Source: Balanoglossus misakiensis
Lineage: Eukaryota > Animalia > Hemichordata
DNA: 64,000 bases
Reading direction: 5' to 3'
NCBI GenBank assembly: GCA_040954595.2
Contig: CM082591.2
Location: forward strand, 6,222,266 to 6,286,265
The position numbers and the translations under genes were made by a program. This document shows, piece after piece, positions 1 to 12,579 of the stretch (position 1 is its first letter; every line of letters begins with the position of its first letter). Under the pieces are notes generated by a model, which had not been told where the DNA came from, did no database searches, and saw nothing but the letters and a program-made list of their open reading frames with translations.

Positions 1-3000
1 ATGGGTTATAGCTCATGAAAATCATCCAAAAATGACAATATTTCGACTTTGCGAAATATCGAAATTTCGTCATTTTTTTGAAAAAATCATGGGTTATAGC
101 TCATGAAAATCATCCAAAAATGACAATTTTTCGACTTTGCGAAATATCGAAATTTCGTCATTTTTTTGAAAAAATCATGGGTTATAGCTCATGAAAATCA
201 TCCAAAAATGACAATTTTTCGACTTTGCGAAATATCGAAATTTCGTCATTTTTTTGAAAAAATCATGGGTTATAGCACATGAAAATCATCCAAAAATGAC
301 AATTTTTCGACTTTGCGAAATATCGAAATTTCGTCATTTTTTTTGAAAAAATCATGGGTTATAGCCCATGAAAATCATCCAAAAATGACAATTTTTCGAC
401 TTTGCGAAATATCGAAATTTCGTCATTTTTTTGAAAAAATCATGGGTTATAGCCCATGAAAATCATCCAAAAATGACAATTTTTCGACTTTGCGAAATAT
501 CGAAATTTCGTCATTTTTTCGAAAAAATCATGGGTTATAGCCCATGAAAATCATCCAAAAATGACAATTTTTCGACTTTGCGAAATATCGAAATTTCGTC
601 ATTTTTTCGAAAAAATCATGGGTTATAGCCCATGAAAATCATCCAAAATTGACAATTTTTCGACTTTGCCAAATATCGAAATTTCGTCATTTTTTTGAAA
701 AAATCATGGGTTATAGCCCATGAAAATCATCCAAAAATGACAATTTTTCGACTTTGCGAAATATCGAAATTTCGTCATTTTTTTGAAAAAATCATGGGTT
801 ATAGCACATGAAAATCATCCAAAAATGACAATTTTTCGACTTTGCGAAATATCGAAATTTCGTCATTTTTTTCGAAAAAATCATGGGTTATAGCCCATGA
901 AAATCATCCAAAATTGACAATTTTTCGACTTTGCGAAATATCGAAATTTCGTCATATTTTCGAAAAAATCATGGGTTATAGCCCATGAAAATCATCCAAA
1001 AATGACAATTTTTCGACTTTGCGAAATATCGAAATTTCGTCAAATTTTCGAAAAAATCATGGGTTATAGCCCATGAAAATCATCCAAAATTGACAATTTT
1101 TCGACTTTGCGAAATATCGAAATTTCGTCATTTTTTTGAAAAAATCATGGGTTATAGCTCATGAAAATCATCCAAAAATGACAATTTTTCGACTTTGCGA
1201 AATATCGAAATTTCGTCATTTTTTTGAAAAAATCATGGGTTATAGCCCATGAAAATCATCCAAAATTGACAATTTTTCGACTTTGCGAAATATCGAAATT
1301 TCGTCATTTTTTTGAAAAAATCATGGGTTATAGCTCATGAAAATCATCCAAAAATGACAATTTTTCGACTTTGCGAAATATCGAAATTTCGTCATTTTTT
1401 TGAAAAAATCATGGGGTATAGCCCATGAAAATCATCCAAAAATGACAATTTTTCGACTTTGCCAAATATCGAAATTTCGTCATTTTTTGAAAAAATCATG
1501 GGTTATAGCCCATGAAAATCATCCAAAATTGACAATTTTTCGACTTTGCCAAATATCGAAATTTCGTCATTTTTTTGAAAAAATCATGGGTTATAGCCCA
1601 TGAAAATCATCCAAAAATGACAATTTTTCGACTTTGCGAAATATCGAAATTTCGTCATTTTTTTGAAAAAATCATGGGTTATAGCACATGAAAATCATCC
1701 AAAAATGACAATTTTTCGACTTTGCGAAATATCGAAATTTCGTCATTTTTTTCGAAAAAATCATGGGTTATAGCCCATGAAAATCATCCAAAATTGACAA
1801 TTTTTCGACTTTGCGAAATATCGAAATTTCGTCATATTTTCGAAAAAATCATGGGTTATAGCCCATGAAAATCATCCAAAAATGACAATTTTTCGACTTT
1901 GCGAAATATCGAAATTTCGTCATATTTTCGAAAAAATCATGGGTTATAGCCCATGAAAATCATCCAAAATTGACAATTTTTCGACTTTGCGAAATATCGA
2001 AATTTCGTCATTTTTTTGAAAAAATCATGGGTTATAGCTCATGAAAATCATCCAAAAATGACAATTTTTCGACTTTGCGAAATATCGAAATTTCGTCATT
2101 TTTTTGAAAAAATCATGGGTTATAGCCCATGAAAATCATCCAAGAATGACAATTTTTCGACTTTGCCAAATATCGAAATTTCGTAATTTTTTGAAAAAAT
2201 CATGGGTTATAGCCCATGAAAATCATCCAAAATTGACAATTTTTCGACTTTGCGAAATATCGAAATTTCGTCATTTTTTTGAAAAAATCATGGGTTATAG
2301 CTCATGAAAATCATCCGAAAATGACAATTTTTCGACTTTGCGAAATATCGAAATTTCGTCATTTTTTTGTAAAAATCATGGGTTATAGCTCATGAAAATC
2401 ATCCAAAAATGACAATTTTTCGACTTTGCGAAATATCGAAATTTCGTCATTTTTTTTGAAAAAATCATGGGTTTTAGCCCATGAAAATCATCCAAAAATG
2501 ACAATTTTTCGACTTTGCGAAATATCGAAATTTCGTCATTTTTTTTGAAAAAATCATGGGTTTTAGCCCATGAAAATCATCCAAAAATGACAATTTTTCG
2601 ACTTTGCGAAATATCGAAATTTCGTCATTTTTTGAAAAAATCATGGGTTATAGCCCATGAAAATCATCCAAAAATGACAATTTTTCGACTTTGCGAAATA
2701 TCGAAATTTCGTCATTTTTTTGAAAAAATCATGGCTTATAGCCCATGAAAATCATCCAAAAATGACAATTTTTCGACTTTGCGAAATATCGAAATTTCGT
2801 CATTTTTTTGAAAAAATCATGGGTTATAGCCCATGAAAATCATCCAAAAATGACAATTTTTCGACTTTGCGAAATATCGAAATTTCGTCATTTTTTCGAA
2901 AAAATCATGGGTTATAGCCCATGAAAATCATCCAAAAATGACAATTTTTCGACTTTGCGAAATATCGAAATTTCGTCATTTTTTTGAATGGGTTATAGCC

Positions 3001-6000
3001 CATGAAAATCATCCAAAAATGACAATTTTTCGACTTACCGAAATATCGAAATTTCGTCATTTTTTTGAATGGGTTATAGCCCATGAAAATCATCCAAAAA
3101 TGACAATTTTTCGACTTTGCGAAATATCGAAATTTCGTCATTTTTTTGAAAAAATCATGGGTTATAGTCCATGAAAATCATCCAAAAATGACAATTTTTC
3201 GACTTTGCGAAATATCGAAATTTCGTCATTTTTTGAAAAAATCATGGGTTATAGCCCATGAAAATCATCCAAAAATGACAATTTTTCGACTTTGCGAAAT
3301 ATCGAAATTTCGTCATTTTTTTGAAAAAATCATGGGTTATAAGCCCATGAAAATCATCCAAAAATGACAATTTTTCGACTTTGCGAAATATCGAAATTTC
3401 GTCATTTTTTGAAAAAATCATGGGTTATAGCCCATGAAAATCATCCAAAATTGACAATTTTTCGACTTTGCGAAATATCGAAATTTCGTCATTTTTTCGA
3501 AAAAATCATGGGTTATAGCCCATGAAAATCATCCAAAAATGACAATTTTTCGACTTTGCGAAATATCGAAATTTCGTCATTTTTTTGAAAAAATCATGGC
3601 TTATAGCCCATGAAAATCATCCAAAAATGACAATTTTTCGACTTTGCGAAATATCGAAATTTCGTCATTTTTTTGAAAAAATCATGGGTTATAGCCCATG
3701 AAAATCATCCAAAAATGACAATTTTTCGACTTTGCGAAATATCGAAATTTCGTCATTTTTTCGAAAAAATCATGGGTTATAGCCCATGAAAATCATCCAA
3801 AAATGACAATTTTTCGACTTTGCGAAATATCGAAATTTCGTCATTTTTTTGAATGGGTTATAGCCCATGAAAATCATCCAAAAATGACAATTTTTCGACT
3901 TACCGAAATATCGAAATTTCGTCATTTTTTTGAAAAAATCATGGGTTATAGCCCATGAAAATCATCCAAAAATGACAATTTTTCGACTTTGCGAAATATC
4001 GAAATTTCGTCATTTTTTTGAATGGGTTATAGCCCATGAAAATCATCCAAAAATGACAATTTTTCGACTTACCGAAATATCGAAATTTCGTCATTTTTTT
4101 GAATGGGTTATAGCCCATGAAAATCATCCAAAAATGACAATTTTTCGACTTTGCGAAATATCGAAATTTCGTCATTTTTTTGAAAAAATCATGGGTTATA
4201 GTCCATGAAAATCATCCAAAAATGACAATTTTTCGACTTTGCGAAATATCGAAATTTCGTCATTTTTTGAAAAAATCATGGGTTATAGCCCATGAAAATC
4301 ATCCAAAAATGACAATTTTTCGACTTTGCGAAATATCGAAATTTCGTCATTTTTTCGAAAAAATCATGGGTTATAGCCCATGAAAATCATCCAAAAATGA
4401 CAATTTTTCGACTTTGCGAAATATCGAAATTTCGTCATTTTTTTGAATGGGTTATAGCCCATGAAAATCATCCAAAAATGACAATTTTTCGACTTACCGA
4501 AATATCGAAATTTCGTCATTTTTTTGAAAAAATCATGGGTTATAGCCCATGAAAATCATCCAAAAATGACAATTTTTCGACTTTGCGAAATATCGAAATT
4601 TCGTCATTTTTTTGAATGGGTTATAGCCCATGAAAATCATCCAAAAATGACAATTTTTCGACTTACCGAAATATCGAAATTTCGTCATTTTTTTGAATGG
4701 GTTATAGCCCATGAAAATCATCCAAAAATGACAATTTTTCGACTTTGCGAAATATCGAAATTTCGTCATTTTTTTGAAAAAATCATGGGTTATAGTCCAT
4801 GAAAATCATCCAAAAATGACAATTTTTCGACTTTGCGAAATATCGAAATTTCGTCATTTTTTGAAAAAATCATGGGTTATAGCCCATGAAAATCATCCAA
4901 AAATGACAATTTTTCGACTTTGCGAAATATCGAAATTTCGTCATTTTTTTGAAAAAATCATGGGTTATAAGCCCATGAAAATCATCCAAAAATGACAATT
5001 TTTCGACTTTGCGAAATATCGAAATTTCGTCATTTTTTGAAAAAATCATGGGTTATAGCCCATGAAAATCATCCAAAAATGACAATTTTTCGACTTTGCG
5101 AAATATCGAAATTTCGTCATTTTTTCGAAAAAATCATAGGTTATAGCCCATGAAAATCATCCAAAAATGACAATTTTTCGACTTTGCGAAATATCGAAAT
5201 TTCGTCATTTTTTTGAATGGGTTATAGCCCATGAAAATCATCCAAAAATGACAATTTTTCGACTTTGCGAAATATCGAAATTTCGTCATTTTTTTGAAAA
5301 AATCATGGGTTATAGTCCATGAAAATCATCCAAAAATGACAATTTTTCGACTTTGCGAAATATCGAAATTTCGTCATTTTTTGAAAAAATCATGGGTTAT
5401 AGCCCATGAAAATCATCCAAAAATGACAATTTTTCGACTTTGCGAAATATCGAAATTTCGTCATTTTTTTGAAAAAATCATGGGTTATAAGCCCATGAAA
5501 ATCATCCAAAAATGACAATTTTTCGACTTTGCGAAATATCGAAATTTCGTCATTTTTTGAAAAAATCATGGGTTATAGCCCATGAAAATCATCCAAAATT
5601 GACAATTTTTCGACTTTGCGAAATATCGAAATTTCGTTATTTTTTTGAAAAAATCATGGGTTATAGCCCATGAAAATCATCCAAAAATGACAATTTTTCG
5701 ACTTTGCGAAATATCGAAATTTCGTCATTTTTTTGAAAAAATCATGAGTTATAGCCCATGAAAATCACCCAAAAATGACAATTTTTCGACTTTGCGAAAT
5801 ATCGAAATTTCGTCATTTTTTTGAAAAAATCATGGGTTTTAGCTCATGAAAATCATCCGAAAATGACAATTTTTCGACTGTGCGAAATATCGAAATTTCG
5901 TCATTTTTTTGTAAAAATCATGGGTTATAGCCCATGAAAATCATCCAAAAATAACAATTTTTCGACTTTGCGAAATATCGAAATTTCGTCATTTTTTTGA

Positions 6001-8150
6001 AAAAATCATGGGTTATAGCCCATGAAAATCATCCAAAAATGACAATTTTTCGATTTTGCGAAATATCGAAATTTCGTCATTTTTTGAAAAAATCATGGGT
6101 TATAGCCCATGAAAATCATCCAAAATTGACAATTTTTCGACTTTACGAAATATCGAAATTTCGTCATTTTTTTGAAAAAATCATGGGTTATAGCTCATGA
6201 AAATCATCCAAAAATGACAATTTTTCGACTTTGCGAAATATCGAAATTTCGTCATTTTTTAAAAAAAATCATGGCTTATAGCCCATGAAAATCATCCAAA
6301 AATGACAATTTTTCGACTTTGCGAAATATCGAAATTTCGTCATTTTTTTGAAAAAATCATGGGTTATAGCCCATGAAAATCATCCAAAAATGACAATTTT
6401 TCGACTTTGCGAAATATCGAAATTTCGTCATTTTTTCGAAAAAATCATGGGCTATAGCCCATGAAAATCATCCAAAAATGACAATTTTTCGACTTTGCGA
6501 AATATCGAAATTTCGTCATTTTTTTGAATGGGTTATAGCCCATGAAAATCATCCAAAAATGACAATTTTTCGACTTTGCGAAATATCGAAATTTCGTCAT
6601 TTTTTTGAAAAAATCATGGGTTATAGTCCATGAAAATCATCCAAAAATGACAATTTTTCGACTTTGCGAAATATCGAAATTTCGTCATTTTTTGAAAAAA
6701 TCATGGGTTATAGCCCATGAAAATCATCCAAAAATGACAATTTTTCGACTTTGCGAAATATCGAAATTTCGTCATTTTTTTGAAAAAATCATGGGTTATA
6801 AGCCCATGAAAATCATCCAAAAATGACTATTTTTCGACTTTGCGAAATATCGAAATTTCGTCATTTTTTGATAAAATCATGGGTTATAGCCCATGAAAAT
6901 CATCCAAAATTGACAATTTTTCGACTTTGCGAAATATCGAATTTTCGTTATTTTTTTGAAAAAATCATGGGTTATAGCCCATGAAAATCATCCAAAAATG
7001 ACAATTTTTCGACTTTGCGAAATATCGAAATTTCGTCATTTTTTTGAAAAAATCATGAGTTATAGCCCATGAAAATCACCCAAAAATGACAATTTTTCGA
7101 CTTTGCGAAATATCGAAATTTCGTCATTTTTTTGAAAAAATCATGGGTTTTAGCTCATGAAAATCATCCGAAAATGACAATTTTTCGACTGTGCGAAATA
7201 TCGAAATTTCGTCATTTTTTTGTAAAAATCATGGGTTATAGCTCATGAAAATCATCCAAAAATGACAATTTTTCGACTTTGCGAAATATCGAAATTTCGT
7301 CATTTTTTTGAAAAAATCATGGGTTATAGCTCATGAAAATCATCCAAAAATGACAATTTTTCGACTTTGCGAAATATCGAAATTTCGTCATTTTTTCGAA
7401 AAAATCATGGGTTATAGCCCATGAAAATCATCCAAAAATGACAATTTTTCGACTTTGCGAAATATCGAAATTTCGTCATTTTTTCGAAAAAATCATGGGT
7501 TATAGCCCATGAAAATCATCCAAAGATGAAAATTTTTCGACTTTGCGAAATATCGAAATTTCGTCATTTTTTTGAAAAAATCATGGGTTATAGCCCATGA
7601 AAATCATCCAAAAATGACAATTTTTCGACTTTGCGAAATATCGAAATTTCGTCATTTTTTTGAAAAAATCATGGGTTATAGCCCATGAAAATCATCCAAA
7701 AATGACAATTTTTCGACTTTGCGAAATATCGAAATTTCGTCATTTTTTTGAAAAAATCATGGGTTATAGCCCATGAAAATCATCCAAAAATGACAATTTT
7801 TCGACTTTGCGAAATATCAAAATTTCTTCGTTTTTTGATAAAAATCATGGGTTATAGCCCATGAAAATCCTCCAAAAATGACAATTTTTCGACTTTGCGA
7901 AATATCAAAATTTCTTCATTTTTTGATAAAAATCACGGGTTATAGCCCATGAAAATCGCCCAAAAATGACGATCTTTCGACTTTGCGAAATATCAAAATT
8001 TCTTCATTTTTTGATAAAAATCATGGGCTATAGCCCATGAAAATCGCCCCAAAATGTCGATTTTTCGACTTTGCGAAATATCAAAATTTCTCCATTTTCT
8101 GATAAAAATCATGTGTTATAGCCCATGAAAATCTCCCAAAAATGACGATT
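1..8150. repeat. 88-bp tandem satellite array (~93 monomers in window, continues off the left edge)
   Basis: Monomer ATGGGTTATAGCCCATGAAAATCATCCAAAAATGACAATTTTTCGACTTTGCGAAATATCGAAATTTCGTCATTTTTTTGAAAAAATC repeated head-to-tail; 81-bp deletion variants; the last ~4 units (7810-8150) are more diverged. Confidence 0.98.
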
Positions 8151-8739
8151 TGAATTGATTTGGTTGAATTTTGTAATTACTTCTTCTCAAGCTCAGTAGA
8201 ATCTTAAGTCTCAAAAGTCGTCAGCCGACAAGTGAAGTGGGCCCACAATGCAACTGTGTGGTATTGCGCTTGCCCCGTAGATGACCATCGCCATATGTTT
8301 ACTGCACTGGTATTATATGTTGTGTACATTGAAAACCAGCGTAAGTTTCACACAATAAAGCCTAATTTTAAAACAAAATGTGAAAGTTCTCAGTAGTTAC
8401 TGCCACACTGCACCATCATGAGGATTGGGGATTTTCTGTCTCCCCCCTTTTCTGCGTCTTTCCGTTCAAGAAATGAAAAGTGTTCATAAAATTTCTCACT
8501 CTTTGTACGTTTCAAATAATAGACACGGCCCTATCTTATTGTTAAACATTCAACTATTTTATTATTCGATATTGAATGACATAATAAATAATATAAATAA
8601 CGAGGAATATCCGTAAATTTCTAACTTCCCTGAGAAGACAAAAAAATTGAATCTCTCTCGAACTCCCCCGGCCCTGAGAAATGAATTACAAAAACTATTC
8701 TTAGCAACAAATTACAATTTAAAAATGACAATGTAAAGT

Positions 8740-9652
8740 TCATGTGGCGAGTGTCTGTTTTCTGAGATACCTGAAGTCAGATTTCGGATAATCCTTGTCG
8801 ATGTTGCCTATGGCGACCGCTGTCATGGTTTCCCCAGTGCTTTTGTCGTGTTTCGTCTGTACATTTCTGGGAAACTCGATCCCTTCCACGAACGCGCCCT
8901 CTAGCGACTTCTTCACGTTTGCTGCGAATACGTCGTCATCCATGTCAGGCTCGAACATGGGACTGATTGGATCCTCCAAATTGGGTTGGTAGAAGAGAAA
9001 CAACAGCGCCTGCGTGACAAGTTCGAGGTCGAAAGCGCTCTGCCAATCATCCAGGATGTTTATGCATACATCAGCCTCGCTTTCGCCGAAGACAAATGCG
9101 CTTTCTATGTTCGGGTGATAGACAGGTGTCAGGCAAGTAACATCCGGGGAATGTAGTGGGTATTTCTCGGGAACGTGTACCTTAGAGAAAATATACCAAA
9201 AATTTAATTCGGTACCACTTCGTCGTAGTGGCGGAAATTGACAATGCATATTATTACCGATGGCGTGTATTTATACACTGAGAAATGTCGCACATGCGCA
9301 GTTCAGACGACACTCTCCTTAAGCATGTATGATCAGTAAAAATTGAAAGTATTGTCATTTCTTTTTAATATATTTGGTTTCTCCGTCGTAAGGCATAATC
9401 AAAATCTGTAATTAAATATATGGGTCACCGCGTTTTTGTAAATACATGGCCGTGAATTAAGTCGATAATTAACCAATATTGAGTACTTACCCGAAAAATG
9501 AATTCCCCATTTTTGTATAACCCGTCCGTGGGGGTTATAGCAACGAGCAGAGTGTTTTCCTCGCTGAAGTCAAGAATCTTGGCCTGGCCGTCAGACAACT
9601 TCTCGATCGTCTGCACCAGATGGAATATTTCCTTCGTTACGTTTCTTATCAT
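8740..9652 (-). CDS. Ubiquitin/NEDD8-conjugating enzyme E2, Ubc12/UBE2M-like, copy 1 (200 aa, 2 exons)
   Basis: Exons 9652-9491 (MIRNVTKE...GLYKNGEFIFR|GTAAGT) and 9180-8740 (AG|VHVPEKYP...YHPNI...DVCINILDDW...LLFLFYQPNLEDP...FAANVKKSLEG). HPN motif and catalytic Cys present; C-terminal core resembles Ubc12 (YLFLEPNPEDPL...FEQNVQRSMRGG). AATAAA on minus strand at 8558-8563. Confidence 0.85.
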
Positions 9653-9800
9653 TGTTGAAGACCAGATGACCACTAAGAATTGTACAATTTCGTCGTTAGA
9701 GGGCGCCTGTTACGCACCAGTTTGTAACGTCACAGTCCTTCGTTGACAACGGGTTACCGGACTTCGTACTGACTACGGTCGCGTTCAATGACTTCTGATA

Positions 9801-9835
9801 CAGCTGAGATATTGTGCACTACCTGGTAATTTATA
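9801..9835 (-). promoter_or_regulatory. Core promoter of E2 copy 1: TATA box plus Inr
   Basis: Minus-strand TATAAAT at 9835-9829 and TCAGCT with A at 9805, exactly 30 nt downstream, about 150 nt before the ATG. Confidence 0.55.
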
Positions 9836-12579
9836 CGCGCCGACGCGTAACCAAAAATCCATTTAGTGTACGTGTCATGCGATCTGATTTACTCATGACG
9901 TAGAAACCCATGTCGGATCACCTCTGCCAGCTTGGTTGAGAATTCCTCGAAGCGATTGACCAACGCGTTTTTGGACGTTTCCAAAACGCAGGCTGAAACA
10001 AACGTCTGAACAGCGTGCGCTAAACTCTCTGTCAACTATTCATTCTTATCTCTTCCATTCTGCTGACTCGTATGGAAACCACAAGCCGGGGGTCAGCGTT
10101 TTATAGCATTTCGCCAGTAATCTGGTGAAATATTGTGTAACAAAACCAACGCAAACCCGGCTGGTGAAATCGCCGGTAACATGGACAGTACCATTTTCGT
10201 AGCAGGGGTGGTGAAACCTGCCTTGGGTCGCCGGCGAGTCAGGGACACTCAACACGGGCGAGTGGACCATATACATGTACTAGAGCTTTGCACAATGGAT
10301 ATACGTCACGAACAAATCCATCCCTAACTAAAAATGGCCGCGACAATAGTTGTAATGGTCACACCTACGTTTCACACGCACAAAGCATTGCTCGCTCATA
10401 ATAACATTCTTAATCGCAAATTCTTGGTAATTCTCGCGTCACCTAAGTTTGTTTTGGGACAGATGTAGGAAAAGTTGCGATCCTAAACTTCTGTACACCG
10501 GCTAAATTTTAGTTTGTACAATCAGCTTTGTTATTGAATCATGTCCGAAAAAGGAAGTTTTGTCAACATTAACGATGTCTGTAACGCGCATACAGGATAT
10601 AAACAGGTATAATACTGAGAATTAATGGGTATTTTTTAGATGTGATTACGACAGCATTTCTTTGATGTCTAAATAGTAGAACTCAAATGAGTCGAGGATG
10701 ATCGGGAGTCCACCAAAGTTTACAAAAAAATCATACTGAACACATGTTTGCAAAACCCTCAGCCGAGGACAGGGTTCACGATGGGAATGTATAGGCGACC
10801 AAAATATACCTAATTTCCTTGTGATTAATCCGGAACCCCCCCCCCCAGGCTCTATAGGCCTCCCTACATGTACTAAAACAACAACAACAACAATGAACTT
10901 ATGATATACGCATGGTGGGTGAATCATATTTTTGCCTGTGAAGCGTGCAGGTGATTCGTGTCAGACCGACCGACAAGCTAGCCTAAATTGCGGGTCGTGC
11001 GATCATGGGTGATTCAAAGCAAAACCGTGATAACAATGAGTCGCCCCGCCTAGGTGCTGAACTTTTACCCTTCCGTTCCGTTTCTTTCCATAAATGTGCG
11101 CGTTAACGTTTGCGTTGGCCTTATCAAGTCAGAAATACCGAGACTGTTACCGCATGTGTTTCGATCACGATAAAAAACCGTTACGACGAAACTCTCAAAT
11201 GTAGGTCGTCCATTTTTCAAATAACCCTGAAAATGCAAACCAGCTCGAAGTATATATACCTAGTCCACATTGAAATGCTCGATAAACTTCCTTGTATGGG
11301 GATGATACGTGGGCTGTTTTAGGGAAGCGTTTTTGTCCTCACGTGATCGTTAATGATACTTGCGACCCAAAAATAAGCGATGATAACCAAACGTCACAGT
11401 GACCAAATCGCGCAGGCTGCTAGGCATGATGTAATGATATAAGTCGTCTGATATATTTGGATATCATTTATCTCTTCGGAAAACATGATGCAAAAGAATT
11501 ACTGTGTTGCCGCGCCTGAATCTATCTAGCTAGGTCCAGTTCAAAGCATATCGGAGGAGGGTGACTCAGGATAAAGCCGCATTTTCTGGGAATTCATCAA
11601 TAATCTCCCGCCAGGTTCGGCCTGTGACTAAGTTCTTCTTCAAGTTAAGGAAAATATGTTTCTGAACTTCGCGTGAAAATGGCGAAGAACTGAATGGGGG
11701 TCTATCACGTCTATGTTGCCTTTCATAACTTTACTAAAAACAACTGAAAATCGAATATCAGAGAAAACGCATAACATAAAACAGTATACAAAAAGTGTTC
11801 AATATATTTTTTTCATTATGTACATATGTAAATATTAATACAATCGCATGGAATTTAAGAAGACGCACAAAACATCGCGTCGATCTTCAAAAATCTTCAG
11901 AACAAGAAAGTTGGTTTTAAAATATGAGTCTTTCGTTTCTTGTTAATGCAATTCTGACTTTTTCTTGGACAAGTTCGGTGTACCTCAGTCCGCCCGAACT
12001 TAAAAAAGCCGCAAGATACTCTAACTGTTGGCTATATTATCGGTAAATGTTTCTGGGTCAACTCACTTTTCATATTCTGTATACTTCCTTTTATGAAACT
12101 TCGGTATATACATAGCTTCTCAACAAAACCTACACATAAGTAACGACCATTGTTATTGCTGACAAATTAACGCAAGTCAAGTTCAACAATTTCAATGATG
12201 ATACATGTATATCTACAAAAACGTTGTCTTGGAAATCCAAAATACTGGGTAACTCTTTAATGTTGGGGAGTACAGAACAAGAAACTACGTACGGTTGATA
12301 ACCAATTGAAACAATACTGAGAAATTATCCCAAAGTTGGAGTTACTGGGCCTTTAACGGCGATCTGCAGGACCTTTAGGCTTACAATCACTGAAGTCACT
12401 GTAACCGCAAGAAAAGAACCTTTGTTTTTTCCCCCACTTAGTCAACTGCCGAAGTTAACTTTATCTCAAAGTCGCCTAGTCGCGGATAACGACTTGAACA
12501 CTTTATGTGTTTAACTACGGAAAGCTGTTAGTTTGGACGTTGAAATATTTACGATATTTCACGACTTTCTAGGTTAGCT

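Noticed and set aside
1400-6826. Many repeated ORFs (MKKSWVIAHENHPK...)
   Set aside because: Translations of the satellite; the frame depends on homopolymer length variants
10046-10927. Short ORFs between the two E2 genes as a possible third paralog
   Set aside because: No HPN/Cys or other E2 motifs in the frames examined
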